DNA of 64,000 bases from the NCBI GenBank assembly GCA_964506725.1, contig CAZDLU010000002.1, forward strand, positions 44,538 to 108,537, read 5' to 3'. Made by a program: the position numbers and the translations under genes. Shown one piece after another: positions 25,406 through 33,633 of the stretch (position 1 is its first letter; each line of letters starts with the position of its first letter). Below the pieces are notes generated by a model. It saw nothing but the letters and a program-made list of their open reading frames with translations, made no database searches and was not told the origin of the DNA. The DNA comes from an uncultured Rhizobium sp. Lineage in GTDB: Bacteria; Pseudomonadota; Alphaproteobacteria; Rickettsiales; UBA1997.

Positions 25406-26310
25406 TCATAAACTTTTTTAATACCTTCTTCCAAGCCGGTGGTAGCTTTCCAACCTAAAGCATTAATTTTTGAAACATCAAGAACCTTACGCGGAGCACC
25501 GTCCGGCTTGGTTGCGTCAAATTTTATTTCGCCTTTGAAACCGGTAATTTTTTTGATAGTTTCGGCAAGTTCGCGAATTGTTACATCTTCTCCCGTACCA
25601 ATGTTGGTAAGGCCCTGCACCTTTTCATTGTTCATTATATAAACACAGGCTTTAGCTAAATCATCAACATAAAGTAACTCGCGCTTCGGATTGCCGCTAC
25701 CCCAAACTTCCACTTCTTTGGCATTTGCAATTTTTGCTTCGTGAAATTTGCGTAGCAATGCCGGTAAAACGTGTGAGTTTTTTAAATCAAAATTATCATT
25801 AATGCCATAAAGATTTGTCGGCATTACCGGTACGAAATCACACCCATACTGAGTGCGATAAGCTTCGCACATTTTTAACCCGGCAATTTTGGCAATGGCA
25901 TAGCCGTAATTTGTTGGCTCCAACGCTCCGGTTAGCAAATATTCTTCCTTAATCGGTTGCTCGGCAAGACGCGGATAAATGCAGGAACTACCTAGGAAAA
26001 TCAGGCGCTTAACTTTATGCAAATAGGAATTATGAATGATGTTATTTTGAATTTGCAAATTTTCGTAAGTAAAGGCTCCGAGCTGTGATCTGTTGGCTTC
26101 AATACCTCCGACTTTTGCTGCGGCTAAAAAAACATATTCCGGTTTTTCTTTGTTAAAAAAATCGTTAACCGCAGCTTGGTTAAGCAAATCAAGCTCTTGA
26201 TGAGTTCGCGTAACAATATTGCTATAGCCTTGAGCCTCTAGCTCGCGCACAATCGCCGAACCAACCATGCCGCGATGTCCGGCGATATAAATTTTTGAAT
26301 TTTTTTGCAT
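25387..26310 (-). CDS. fcl: GDP-L-fucose synthase
   Basis: IAGHRGMVGSAI, LAAAKVGGI.AN, LFLGSSCIYP, EPTN..YAIAKIAG and VMPTNLYG are nearly collinear with my recollection of E. coli Fcl. Confidence 0.92.
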   Translation of the reverse strand: MQKNSKIYIAGHRGMVGSAIVRELEAQGYSNIVTRTHQELDLLNQAAVNDFFNKEKPEYVFLAAAKVGGIEANRSQLGAFTYENLQIQNNIIHNSYLHKVKRLIFLGSSCIYPRLAEQPIKEEYLLTGALEPTNYGYAIAKIAGLKMCEAYRTQYGCDFVPVMPTNLYGINDNFDLKNSHVLPALLRKFHEAKIANAKEVEVWGSGNPKRELLYVDDLAKACVYIMNNEKVQGLTNIGTGEDVTIRELAETIKKITGFKGEIKFDATKPDGAPRKVLDVSKINALGWKATTGLEEGIKKVYDWYLNK

Positions 26311-26353
26311 TTTATTTAATAAAATAATCAGTCCTTACTTGACTTAAAAAAAA

Positions 26354-26390
26354 CTCGTCATCCTTGGCCAGAATGGCCGAGGATGACGAG
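26354..26390 (-). terminator. rho-independent terminator built from a Family E hairpin
   Basis: ctcgtcatccttggcc-agaa-tggccgaggatgacgag, followed on the minus strand by a run of T. It lies just downstream of the ABC ATPase stop. Confidence 0.75.
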
Positions 26391-26402
26391 TTCTGAATTT
26401 TA

Positions 26403-27116
26403 TCAATTCACTCCAATCTCCCTCAAAAACGCCTTATCCAAATTATCCTGTCCATGCTTGATTTTAAAGCCTTGCGGGCTTCCTTGATAGACAATTTTTT
26501 TATCATGCAAAACCGCAATCGAATCACAAATTTCATCCATATCCGACAAAATATGCGAAGAAAAAAATATGGTTTTGCCTTTGTTTTTATAAGAAATTAA
26601 TTCTTTTTTCAAAGCGATTCTAGCCTTAGGATCCAGACCGCTCATAGGCTCATCAAGAATTACCAATTCCGCTTCCGACAAAAAAACCGCAAGCAATCCC
26701 AATTTTTGCACCATGCCTTTAGAATATTTGGTAACTTTTTCTTTTAAAACTTTTACGTCTAAATCCAAATTTTTACAAATACTTTCAGCCTTAGAAACAT
26801 CTAGCTTCTTGCCATAAAAATCTAAAGTAAATTTTAGAAATTCCTCGCCTTTTAAATAATTTGAAGGCTGAAATTTTTCCGGCAAATAGCAAAGTTTTTT
26901 GCGTGATTTCGGGAGTAATCTCGATACCCCAAAAATTTCTACTTCACCATTATCTTGATCTAACAAATCCAAAATAATTTTAATTAAAGTAGTTTTGCCG
27001 ATACCGTTTAAGCCTATGAAACCAAAGATTTCGCCCGGCTTAACTTCCAAACTGATATTATCTAAAACTTGATGTTTGAAGCTTTTTGATATTTCTGTGA
27101 TTTTGAGTGGTAACAT
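26403..27116 (-). CDS. ABC transporter ATP-binding protein
   Basis: Walker A GLNGIGKTT, signature YSKGMVQKL and Walker B LVILDEP. No adjacent permease gene. Confidence 0.88.
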   Translation of the reverse strand: MLPLKITEISKSFKHQVLDNISLEVKPGEIFGFIGLNGIGKTTLIKIILDLLDQDNGEVEIFGVSRLLPKSRKKLCYLPEKFQPSNYLKGEEFLKFTLDFYGKKLDVSKAESICKNLDLDVKVLKEKVTKYSKGMVQKLGLLAVFLSEAELVILDEPMSGLDPKARIALKKELISYKNKGKTIFFSSHILSDMDEICDSIAVLHDKKIVYQGSPQGFKIKHGQDNLDKAFLREIGVN

Positions 27117-27121
27117 AATTT

Positions 27122-27207
27122 AAGTGCTCGGGTGCTCGGATGCTCGCGCTTCGCTGGTGCTCGGTTTTTTTACCTGAGCACTCGAGCACTTGAGCACTCG
27201 AGCACTT
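27122..27207. repeat. Family C octamer palindrome (GTGCTCGR variant)
   Basis: aagtgctcgggtgctcggatgctcgcgcttcgctggtgctcgg ... tgagcactcgagcacttgagcactcgagcactt. Confidence 0.8.
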
Positions 27208-27643
27208 ATTTCAACAAATTATTTATAGCAAGCAACGCAATCGAATAGCCACTAATTCCAAGCCCGCAGATCACACCATCAACCACTTCCGACATGTAAG
27301 AATGATGACGAAATTCTTCGCGTTTGAAAATATTGGAAATGTGCAATTCGATCTTTGGTTTGGTAAAAATTTCTAAAGCATCGCGAATGGCTACAGACGT
27401 ATGGGTGTAGGCCGCAGCATTAATTATAATGCCATCAAATTTTTCCAAAGAATTTTGAATTATTTCCACAATTTCATGTTCGCTATTTGATTGCACAAAT
27501 TCAAAAGCCAGATTTAATTCACGCGCCACGGCTTCGCAATCTTTCTCAGCTTTTTCCAAAGAAAATTCGCCATAAATACTTTTGTCGCGCTTGTGCAACA
27601 TATTTAAATTCGGGCCGTTGATTATTAGAATATGTTTTTTCAT
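27206..27643 (-). CDS. aroQ: type II 3-dehydroquinate dehydratase
   Basis: ILIINGPNLNML..R....YG, NAAAYTHTSVAIRDA and ELHISNI..RE.FRHHS. Confidence 0.93.
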   Translation of the reverse strand: MKKHILIINGPNLNMLHKRDKSIYGEFSLEKAEKDCEAVARELNLAFEFVQSNSEHEIVEIIQNSLEKFDGIIINAAAYTHTSVAIRDALEIFTKPKIELHISNIFKREEFRHHSYMSEVVDGVICGLGISGYSIALLAINNLLK

Positions 27644-27654
27644 AAAAACTATTT

Positions 27655-27744
27655 ACCCCTCACCCTAACCCTCTCCCGCAAGGGGAGAGGGGAACACTCG
27701 GAGAATTCCCTATCCCCCTGAGGGAGAGGGTTAGGGAGAGGGGT
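27655..27744. repeat. Family B palindromic element (CCCTCTCCC-n4-GGGAGAGGG hairpins)
   Basis: acccctcaccctaaccctctcccgcaaggggagagg ... ccccctgagggagagggttagggagaggggt. The 22-nt lead-in atttacccctcaccctaaccct is identical at 56611. Confidence 0.85.
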
Positions 27745-27749
27745 TGTTG

Positions 27750-28532
27750 CTATTTACTCCCTTCTTTTTTTATTTTCAAATAATAAAAAACTGTCACCGG
27801 AATCGACAATCCATAAACCACACCGATTATTGCCAGAGTAAGCCAAGGCTCAACAAAAAGTCCGATAATAATCGAACCTAAAATTATCAAAGTTAAATAA
27901 GCATTTTTATTTTTTATCGGAATTTTTTTAAGTGAAATTGTCGGCACCAAACTTGCCATCATTATCGCCAGGAAAGCTACGTAAATAATTACCAAAAGCG
28001 GATTAGAATAAAATCCGTCGCCGAATTCATAAGTTAAAACCATTGGCAACATCGCCATTGCTGCACCGCAAGGTGCCGGAATGCCTTTAAAAAAATATTT
28101 TTCCAAAATCGGATTAACCGCAACTTTTGTTAAATCAACATTAAAGCGCGCCAATCTTATAGCGCCGCACATTGCAAAAAACAAAACTAAAGCCCAAGCA
28201 AGACCACTGACATCAGCGTAAGAATTAGTCCAAGCATAAATTATAAAACCGGGCGCAACACCGAAATTTACGAAGTCCGCAAGTGAATCAAGTTGTGCAC
28301 CGAAATCGCTGCTCGAATTTAAAAAGCGCGCCAGTCTGCCGTCAATTCCATCCATGAAACCGGCTAAAATTAGCAACGCCGTAGCCGCTGCAAAATTACC
28401 ATAAATCGAATAGCGAATTGCCGTTAATCCGATACAAATTGTAGAAAGAGTGACAAGGTTCGGAAGCAAGCGAAATAATGGAAAACAACCGTCTTCGGCA
28501 TGGCGAATTTGATGAATAATTCTTTTTGGCAT
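27750..28532 (-). CDS. pssA: CDP-diacylglycerol--serine O-phosphatidyltransferase
   Basis: CDP-alcohol transferase motif DGIDGRLAR....S.FG.QLDSLAD, with a multi-TM body. Confidence 0.88.
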   Translation of the reverse strand: MPKRIIHQIRHAEDGCFPLFRLLPNLVTLSTICIGLTAIRYSIYGNFAAATALLILAGFMDGIDGRLARFLNSSSDFGAQLDSLADFVNFGVAPGFIIYAWTNSYADVSGLAWALVLFFAMCGAIRLARFNVDLTKVAVNPILEKYFFKGIPAPCGAAMAMLPMVLTYEFGDGFYSNPLLVIIYVAFLAIMMASLVPTISLKKIPIKNKNAYLTLIILGSIIIGLFVEPWLTLAIIGVVYGLSIPVTVFYYLKIKKEGSK

Positions 28533-28629
28533 GTTTAGGTAAAAAAATAAATTTGCTTTAATTGAAACTCTTTATTAGTTTTAGCGCCTACAGCTAAAAA
28601 TCAACTGTTAAGTTTAAGTAATTAAAAAA

Positions 28630-28714
28630 CTCTGTGTCTTGCTGAGCTTGTGGTAGATTGTGTGTGTACTCATATGCAATAATCATGCTTCGACAGGCTC
28701 AGCATGACTATGAG
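28630..28714. repeat. Family A palindromic element with a degenerate left arm
   Basis: The right arm tcatgcttcgacaggctcagcatgactatgag is intact. The left arm ctctgtgtcttgctgagcttgtggtag is decayed. Ends 29 nt upstream of the tkt ATG. Confidence 0.7.
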
Positions 28715-28743
28715 TTCTACTACAAATTCCTAATTTCTAAAAA

Positions 28744-30840
28744 ATGAAAAGAGACGAACAAACTAAAGAAATGGCAAATTGCGTGCGTTTTTTGGCAATT
28801 GATGCCGTTGAGCGCGCTAATTCCGGGCATCCGGGCATGGTGATGGGAATTGCCGATGTGGCGACTGTTTTATTTAGTGAGTTTCTAAAATTTGACCCGA
28901 AAAATCCAAAATGGTTAGACCGCGACCGCTTTATTTTATCAGCCGGACACGGTTCGATGTTGCTTTACGCCCTGCTCTATTTAACCGGTTACAAGGATAT
29001 TGATATTAATGATTTAAAAGATTTTCGTCAGCTAAATGCTAAATGCGCCGGGCATCCGGAATTTGGGCATTTAGATGGTATTGAAACTACCACCGGCCCA
29101 CTGGGGCAAGGTCTTGCAAATGCCGTTGGTATGGCTTTAGCTGAAAAAATGCTCTCTGCACGTGTCGGCAAAGATTTAATTAATCACAAAACTTATTGTT
29201 TGGTAGGAGACGGCTGTTTGATGGAAGGCATTTCACAAGAAGCAATTTCAATTGCCGGACATTTAGCTTTAAATAATTTAATTGTTTTGTGGGACAATAA
29301 TTCAATTTCAATTGACGGCAAAACTTCGCTGACGACTTCGGAAAACATGAAGATGCGTTTTGAAGCTTGTAATTTCGAAGTAATACAAATTGACGGACAT
29401 GATTTTGACGCGATCAGAAAAGCTTTGACGAAAGCCCAAAATTCAACAAAACCGGTGATGATTGATTGCAAAACAACAATTGCTTTCGGATCACCGAATA
29501 AAGCCGGTTCGCAAAAATCGCACGGCTCGCCGCTTGGCGCTGACGAAGTTACCAAAGTTCGTGAAAAATTAAATTGGAAGCATGCGCCATTTATTCTTCC
29601 CGAAGATTTAGAAGAAGCCTGGGCACAGGCCGGAAAAAGATCGCGCAAAGTTTCTAAAGAATGGGAAGAGAAGTTTGAAAAATTAGACAGCGATTTAAAA
29701 AGAATTTTGAAAAAAGAATTGCCGCAAGATTTTCAAAAAAAATTAGAGCTTTTCAAACAAAAAACTTTTTTAGGCAAGCCGAAGCAAGCTACACGTAAAT
29801 CATCACATGATGTTTTGGAATTTTTAACTGCTGAATTAAAAGAATTGATCGGTGGTTCTGCCGACTTAACCGAATCAGTTTTAACCAAAACTTCACATAC
29901 AAAAATTATTGATAAGGATAATTTTTCCGGAAGTTACATTCATTACGGAGTTAGGGAACACGCTATGGCAGCCATGATGAACGGCATCGCCCTTCACGGC
30001 GGCTTCATTCCTTACGGCGGAACATTTTTAGTTTTTTCGGATTATATGAAGCCGGCTGTTAGGTTGTCAGCTTTGATGAAACAGCAAGTGATTTATATTT
30101 TTACTCACGACTCAATCGGTCTTGGTGAAGACGGCCCAACACACCAGCCAATCGAGCATTTGGCGGCACTTCGCGCAATTCCGAACTTAAATGTTTTCAG
30201 ACCGGCTGATGCACAAGAAACAATTGATAGTTTTGAATTGGCTTTGAAGTCAGATAAAACGCCATCGGCCATTGTTTTAACCAGACAAAATGTGCCTTTC
30301 CTGCGTAGCGAATATAAAAAAGAAGAATGTTCTTCACTACGCGGCGGCTATATAATTTCCAACACGGCGCTGGAAATTGAACCCGATGTTGTAATTATTG
30401 CAACCGGTTCAGAAGTTGGAATCGCCATCGAAACCAAAGAAAAATTACACAAGCACGGACTCGCTGTTCGCGTGGTTTCAATGCCTTGTTTTGAAATTTT
30501 TGATAAGCAGGAACAATCTTATAAAAATAGTGTTTTAGGTGCGGATAATATTTTAAAAGCCGGCATCGAAGCTGCGATTTCGCAAGGTTGGCACCAATAT
30601 ATCGGCAAAGACGGGGTTTTCATCGGCATGTCTGATTTCGGCGCTTCGGGCAAGGCCGAAGATTTATACAAGCATTTCAAAATCACTGCTGATGACGCAG
30701 CCGCACGCATTGCTACTGAGTTAAAAACTCGCCGCCGCAATGCTAAAAAATTCATGGATAAGGATGATATTCTTGATGAGCTTGATAAATATAAAGAGCA
30801 AATCAAAAAGGATATTGATGATGAGGATGACGAAGATTAG
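28744..30840 (+). CDS. tkt: transketolase with a ~37-aa acidic C-terminal extension
   Basis: RFLAIDAVERANSGHPG, GHGSMLLY, GPLGQGLANAVGMA, GDGCLMEG and THDSIGLGEDGPTHQP. Confidence 0.95.
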   Translation: MKRDEQTKEMANCVRFLAIDAVERANSGHPGMVMGIADVATVLFSEFLKFDPKNPKWLDRDRFILSAGHGSMLLYALLYLTGYKDIDINDLKDFRQLNAKCAGHPEFGHLDGIETTTGPLGQGLANAVGMALAEKMLSARVGKDLINHKTYCLVGDGCLMEGISQEAISIAGHLALNNLIVLWDNNSISIDGKTSLTTSENMKMRFEACNFEVIQIDGHDFDAIRKALTKAQNSTKPVMIDCKTTIAFGSPNKAGSQKSHGSPLGADEVTKVREKLNWKHAPFILPEDLEEAWAQAGKRSRKVSKEWEEKFEKLDSDLKRILKKELPQDFQKKLELFKQKTFLGKPKQATRKSSHDVLEFLTAELKELIGGSADLTESVLTKTSHTKIIDKDNFSGSYIHYGVREHAMAAMMNGIALHGGFIPYGGTFLVFSDYMKPAVRLSALMKQQVIYIFTHDSIGLGEDGPTHQPIEHLAALRAIPNLNVFRPADAQETIDSFELALKSDKTPSAIVLTRQNVPFLRSEYKKEECSSLRGGYIISNTALEIEPDVVIIATGSEVGIAIETKEKLHKHGLAVRVVSMPCFEIFDKQEQSYKNSVLGADNILKAGIEAAISQGWHQYIGKDGVFIGMSDFGASGKAEDLYKHFKITADDAAARIATELKTRRRNAKKFMDKDDILDELDKYKEQIKKDIDDEDDED

Positions 30841-30859
30841 GGATTTTTTAAATTCCACA

Positions 30860-30945
30860 CCCACAATCATACTGAGCTTGTCGAAGCATGTGGGTACAAT
30901 CCGGTGTTTAAACACATGCTTCGACAAGCTCAGCATGATTGTGGG
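30860..30945. repeat. Family A palindromic element
   Basis: cccacaatcatactgagcttgtcgaagcatgtggg ... aaacacatgcttcgacaagctcagcatgattgtggg. Confidence 0.9.
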
Positions 30946-31900
30946 CGTTATTTTTTTTCTCCTCCTCACCAGCTGCTCAAGTCCCCAACCTTACTATCAA
31001 GGCCCTAAATCAGATCATTTCAATGGCATAAATTTCACTTCGGAAATCAAAACGCTCAATAGTTTCGACAAAATCAAATCACTCTTCCTTATAAAAAAAT
31101 CTTGGGACGAAGAAGAAATTTATGCCAAACCCAAAAACCACGAATTCGCTGAAATAAAGAATGCCCGTGTAACCTTCATCGGACAAGCAACTTTGCTGAT
31201 TCAAACACCGCAAGCCAATATTTTAACCGATCCCACTTGGTCAAATGATATAACGCGCAAGAACCGCCCCGCTCTTGATTTTGATAGCTTGCCAAAGATT
31301 AACTATGTTTTGATCAGCAGTAATTTTAAATACCACATGGATATTGACACCATCAAAAAACTGCAAGAAAAATTTGCGCCAAAATTCATCACCGGCTTAG
31401 GAAATTGCTATCTTCTAAATAATGTAAAAAATCTAGGAATTACTTGTCTTGAACTGGACTGGAACCAAAAAATTACCTTACAAAATGAATTAAAGTTTTA
31501 TTTTCTTAAAGCTAAAAATTATGAGAATAAAACACTGTCTGGATCATTTGCTATCATAGCTCAAAACTTCAAAATTTATTTCGGCGGCGATGGCGGATAT
31601 GGTGATCACATGCGCCAAATTGGCCTTGATTACGGACCATTCGATTTGGCATTGCTTTCAATTGGCAATTATCAACCAAGATGGTTGTTTAAAGAAATTC
31701 ATATGAACCCTGAGGAAGCAGTAAAATCGCACATTGTTCTGCAATCAAAAAAATCAATCGCCATGAATTTTAATAGTTTTCATATCGGCAATGAAACTTA
31801 TTTAGAACCATTGATTGATTTGGAAGAAGCAAAAATAAAATATAATTTGCGCAAGGATGAATTTGTAGCGCCAAAATTTGGGGAAAGTTTTGAGTTTTAA
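30935..31900 (+). CDS. MBL-fold metallo-hydrolase lipoprotein
   Basis: MIVGVIFFLLLTSC (lipobox), VTFIGQATLLIQT and ILTDPTWS. The ATG lies inside the right arm of a Family A repeat. The longer track ORF (30740) runs through the repeat and the end of tkt. Confidence 0.7.
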   Translation: MIVGVIFFLLLTSCSSPQPYYQGPKSDHFNGINFTSEIKTLNSFDKIKSLFLIKKSWDEEEIYAKPKNHEFAEIKNARVTFIGQATLLIQTPQANILTDPTWSNDITRKNRPALDFDSLPKINYVLISSNFKYHMDIDTIKKLQEKFAPKFITGLGNCYLLNNVKNLGITCLELDWNQKITLQNELKFYFLKAKNYENKTLSGSFAIIAQNFKIYFGGDGGYGDHMRQIGLDYGPFDLALLSIGNYQPRWLFKEIHMNPEEAVKSHIVLQSKKSIAMNFNSFHIGNETYLEPLIDLEEAKIKYNLRKDEFVAPKFGESFEF

Positions 31901-31955
31901 CTTGCTTATTTTTTTAAAAAAATCTCTTATGAAATAAATTATTTAAACAAATCAA

Positions 31956-32825
31956 ATGACAGATAATCAAACGAAATTGTTAATTGCAGCTATCAATCAA
32001 AGCAATGAGACAGAGGCTGCAGCGGCTATTGCCAACGGTGCTGATATTAATTATGTAATTGGTGAAGGCGTATTTTCAGGATTAACTTTGCTATGCTATG
32101 CCATCAGAAAAAAGGCTGATAAAATTGCCAGTCGGTTAATTAATGCCAGGGCTCAGATCGATACTATAATTAATAGCGGATTTTACACCGGACAAACAGC
32201 TTTAATGATTGCCGCCTATGATAATTATTTGGAAATTGTTAAAAAATTAATTGCTGCAGGCGCTGATATTAATTTAAAAATTCCTTTCGGAATCTTTGCC
32301 GAAGAAACAGCTATAAGCCTTGCAACCACACAAGGCAATAGCGAAATTTTAAAGCTGCTTTTACAAAATGATAATAAAAATTTAGAAATTACCAGCGGAC
32401 CTTTTGAAGGCATGAATCCAATAATTATCGCTATTCGTGATAATAAATTAGAGTCATTAAAAACATTAATTGACTTAGACGTCAATCTAGATCATGAAAT
32501 TAGTCGCGGGCTTTATCAAGGCTATACGCCTTTATTTTTTGCAATTGAGAAAGGCATGGATGAAGCGGTTAAAATTCTAATTAATAGCGGCAGCAATATT
32601 AATTATATAGCAAAATCAGGCTATCATCTAGGCCGCAATGCATTAGATATTGCACAAAAATATAATAGAAAAAATATTATAAAAATTCTTGAAGAGATAC
32701 AAATTATTAAAGTGCAAGATGATTGGAAAATAGAAGATGAATTTATAGCAGTAGAAGAACCTAAACCAGAGAAGAAAAAAAATAGCGGATTTTTATCATC
32801 GATTTTTTCCCGGTTTAAAAAATAA
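31956..32825 (+). CDS. ankyrin repeat protein
   Basis: Multiple ANK-like units, for example GQTALMIAAYDNYLEIVKKLIAAGADIN and GYTPLFFAIEKGMDEAVKILINSGSNIN. Confidence 0.88.
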   Translation: MTDNQTKLLIAAINQSNETEAAAAIANGADINYVIGEGVFSGLTLLCYAIRKKADKIASRLINARAQIDTIINSGFYTGQTALMIAAYDNYLEIVKKLIAAGADINLKIPFGIFAEETAISLATTQGNSEILKLLLQNDNKNLEITSGPFEGMNPIIIAIRDNKLESLKTLIDLDVNLDHEISRGLYQGYTPLFFAIEKGMDEAVKILINSGSNINYIAKSGYHLGRNALDIAQKYNRKNIIKILEEIQIIKVQDDWKIEDEFIAVEEPKPEKKKNSGFLSSIFSRFKK

Positions 32826-32866
32826 AAAAAGCTGCGACTGAATTTGTAACCAGTCGCAGCTTTTTT
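32825..32866. terminator. bidirectional rho-independent terminator
   Basis: aaaaaa-gctgcgactg-aatttgtaac-cagtcgcagc-tttttt. Lies between the convergent ankyrin gene and rpsD. Confidence 0.8.
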
Positions 32867-32877
32867 AAACAAAGAAA

Positions 32878-33495
32878 CTATCTTGAATAGAATTCCGTAA
32901 TAAAATGTGGTTGCATTTCTGCAGCATAAGGCACTTCAGCAAATGCCGCTTTCGCAGTCAAAGTTATGGAAAAATTATCTTTTTCAAGCTTTAAATATGA
33001 TGGAATATCGCGTTCCATTTTTTGCATTGATTCAAGAACAATGTTTAAATTACGTGACTTTTCACGAACTTGTACCACGTCACCGATCTTTAATCTGTAA
33101 GATGCAATATTAACAACTTTACCGTTAACAGTAACATGTTTATGGCTCACAAATTGTCTTGCCGCAAAAACTGTTGGCACGAAATTAGCGCGATAAACTA
33201 CAGCGTCTAATCTGCTTTCAAGTAGAGAAATAAAGTTTTCGCTCACGTCACCTTTCATTTTAGATGCCAAAGTGAAAGTGTTGAAAAATTGTTTTTCCGA
33301 AATATTTCCGTAATAGAATTTCAATCTTTGTTTAGCGCGCAACTGAACACCATAGTCAGAACTTCTGCCTTTTGATGCCGCACCATGCTGACCGGGTTTA
33401 AAATTACGTTTAAGATAAGGATCTTTAGCTTGTCCCCAAAGGCTCGCGCCCATTTTTCTGCTAAGCTTTTTCTTAGCATTAATTCTTTTTGTCAT
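32878..33495 (-). CDS. rpsD: 30S ribosomal protein S4
   Basis: GQHG, YG.QLRAKQRLKFYYG..EKQF, LESRLD.VVYR and an S4 domain ARQ.V.H.H..VNG. Ends ..TEFYSR. Confidence 0.95.
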   Translation of the reverse strand: MTKRINAKKKLSRKMGASLWGQAKDPYLKRNFKPGQHGAASKGRSSDYGVQLRAKQRLKFYYGNISEKQFFNTFTLASKMKGDVSENFISLLESRLDAVVYRANFVPTVFAARQFVSHKHVTVNGKVVNIASYRLKIGDVVQVREKSRNLNIVLESMQKMERDIPSYLKLEKDNFSITLTAKAAFAEVPYAAEMQPHFITEFYSR

Positions 33496-33599
33496 GATTT
33501 TTTAAAGTTAAATTGCCATTAGTTTTTCGGGATATCTGACGTTTGCCCCGAAAAATTCTCTTTTGTTAAAGAGAGGATTCCTAGTAAAAGGAGCGCGAA

Positions 33600-33627
33600 A
33601 CTATAATGATATGTTTGCATTTGTCAA
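33600..33627 (-). promoter_or_regulatory. candidate sigma70 promoter for rpsD
   Basis: On the minus strand: TTGACA (33627-33622), a 16-nt spacer, then TATAGT (33605-33600). This leaves a ~100-nt leader with two hairpins before the ATG. Confidence 0.45.
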
Positions 33628-33633
33628 TAGCTT

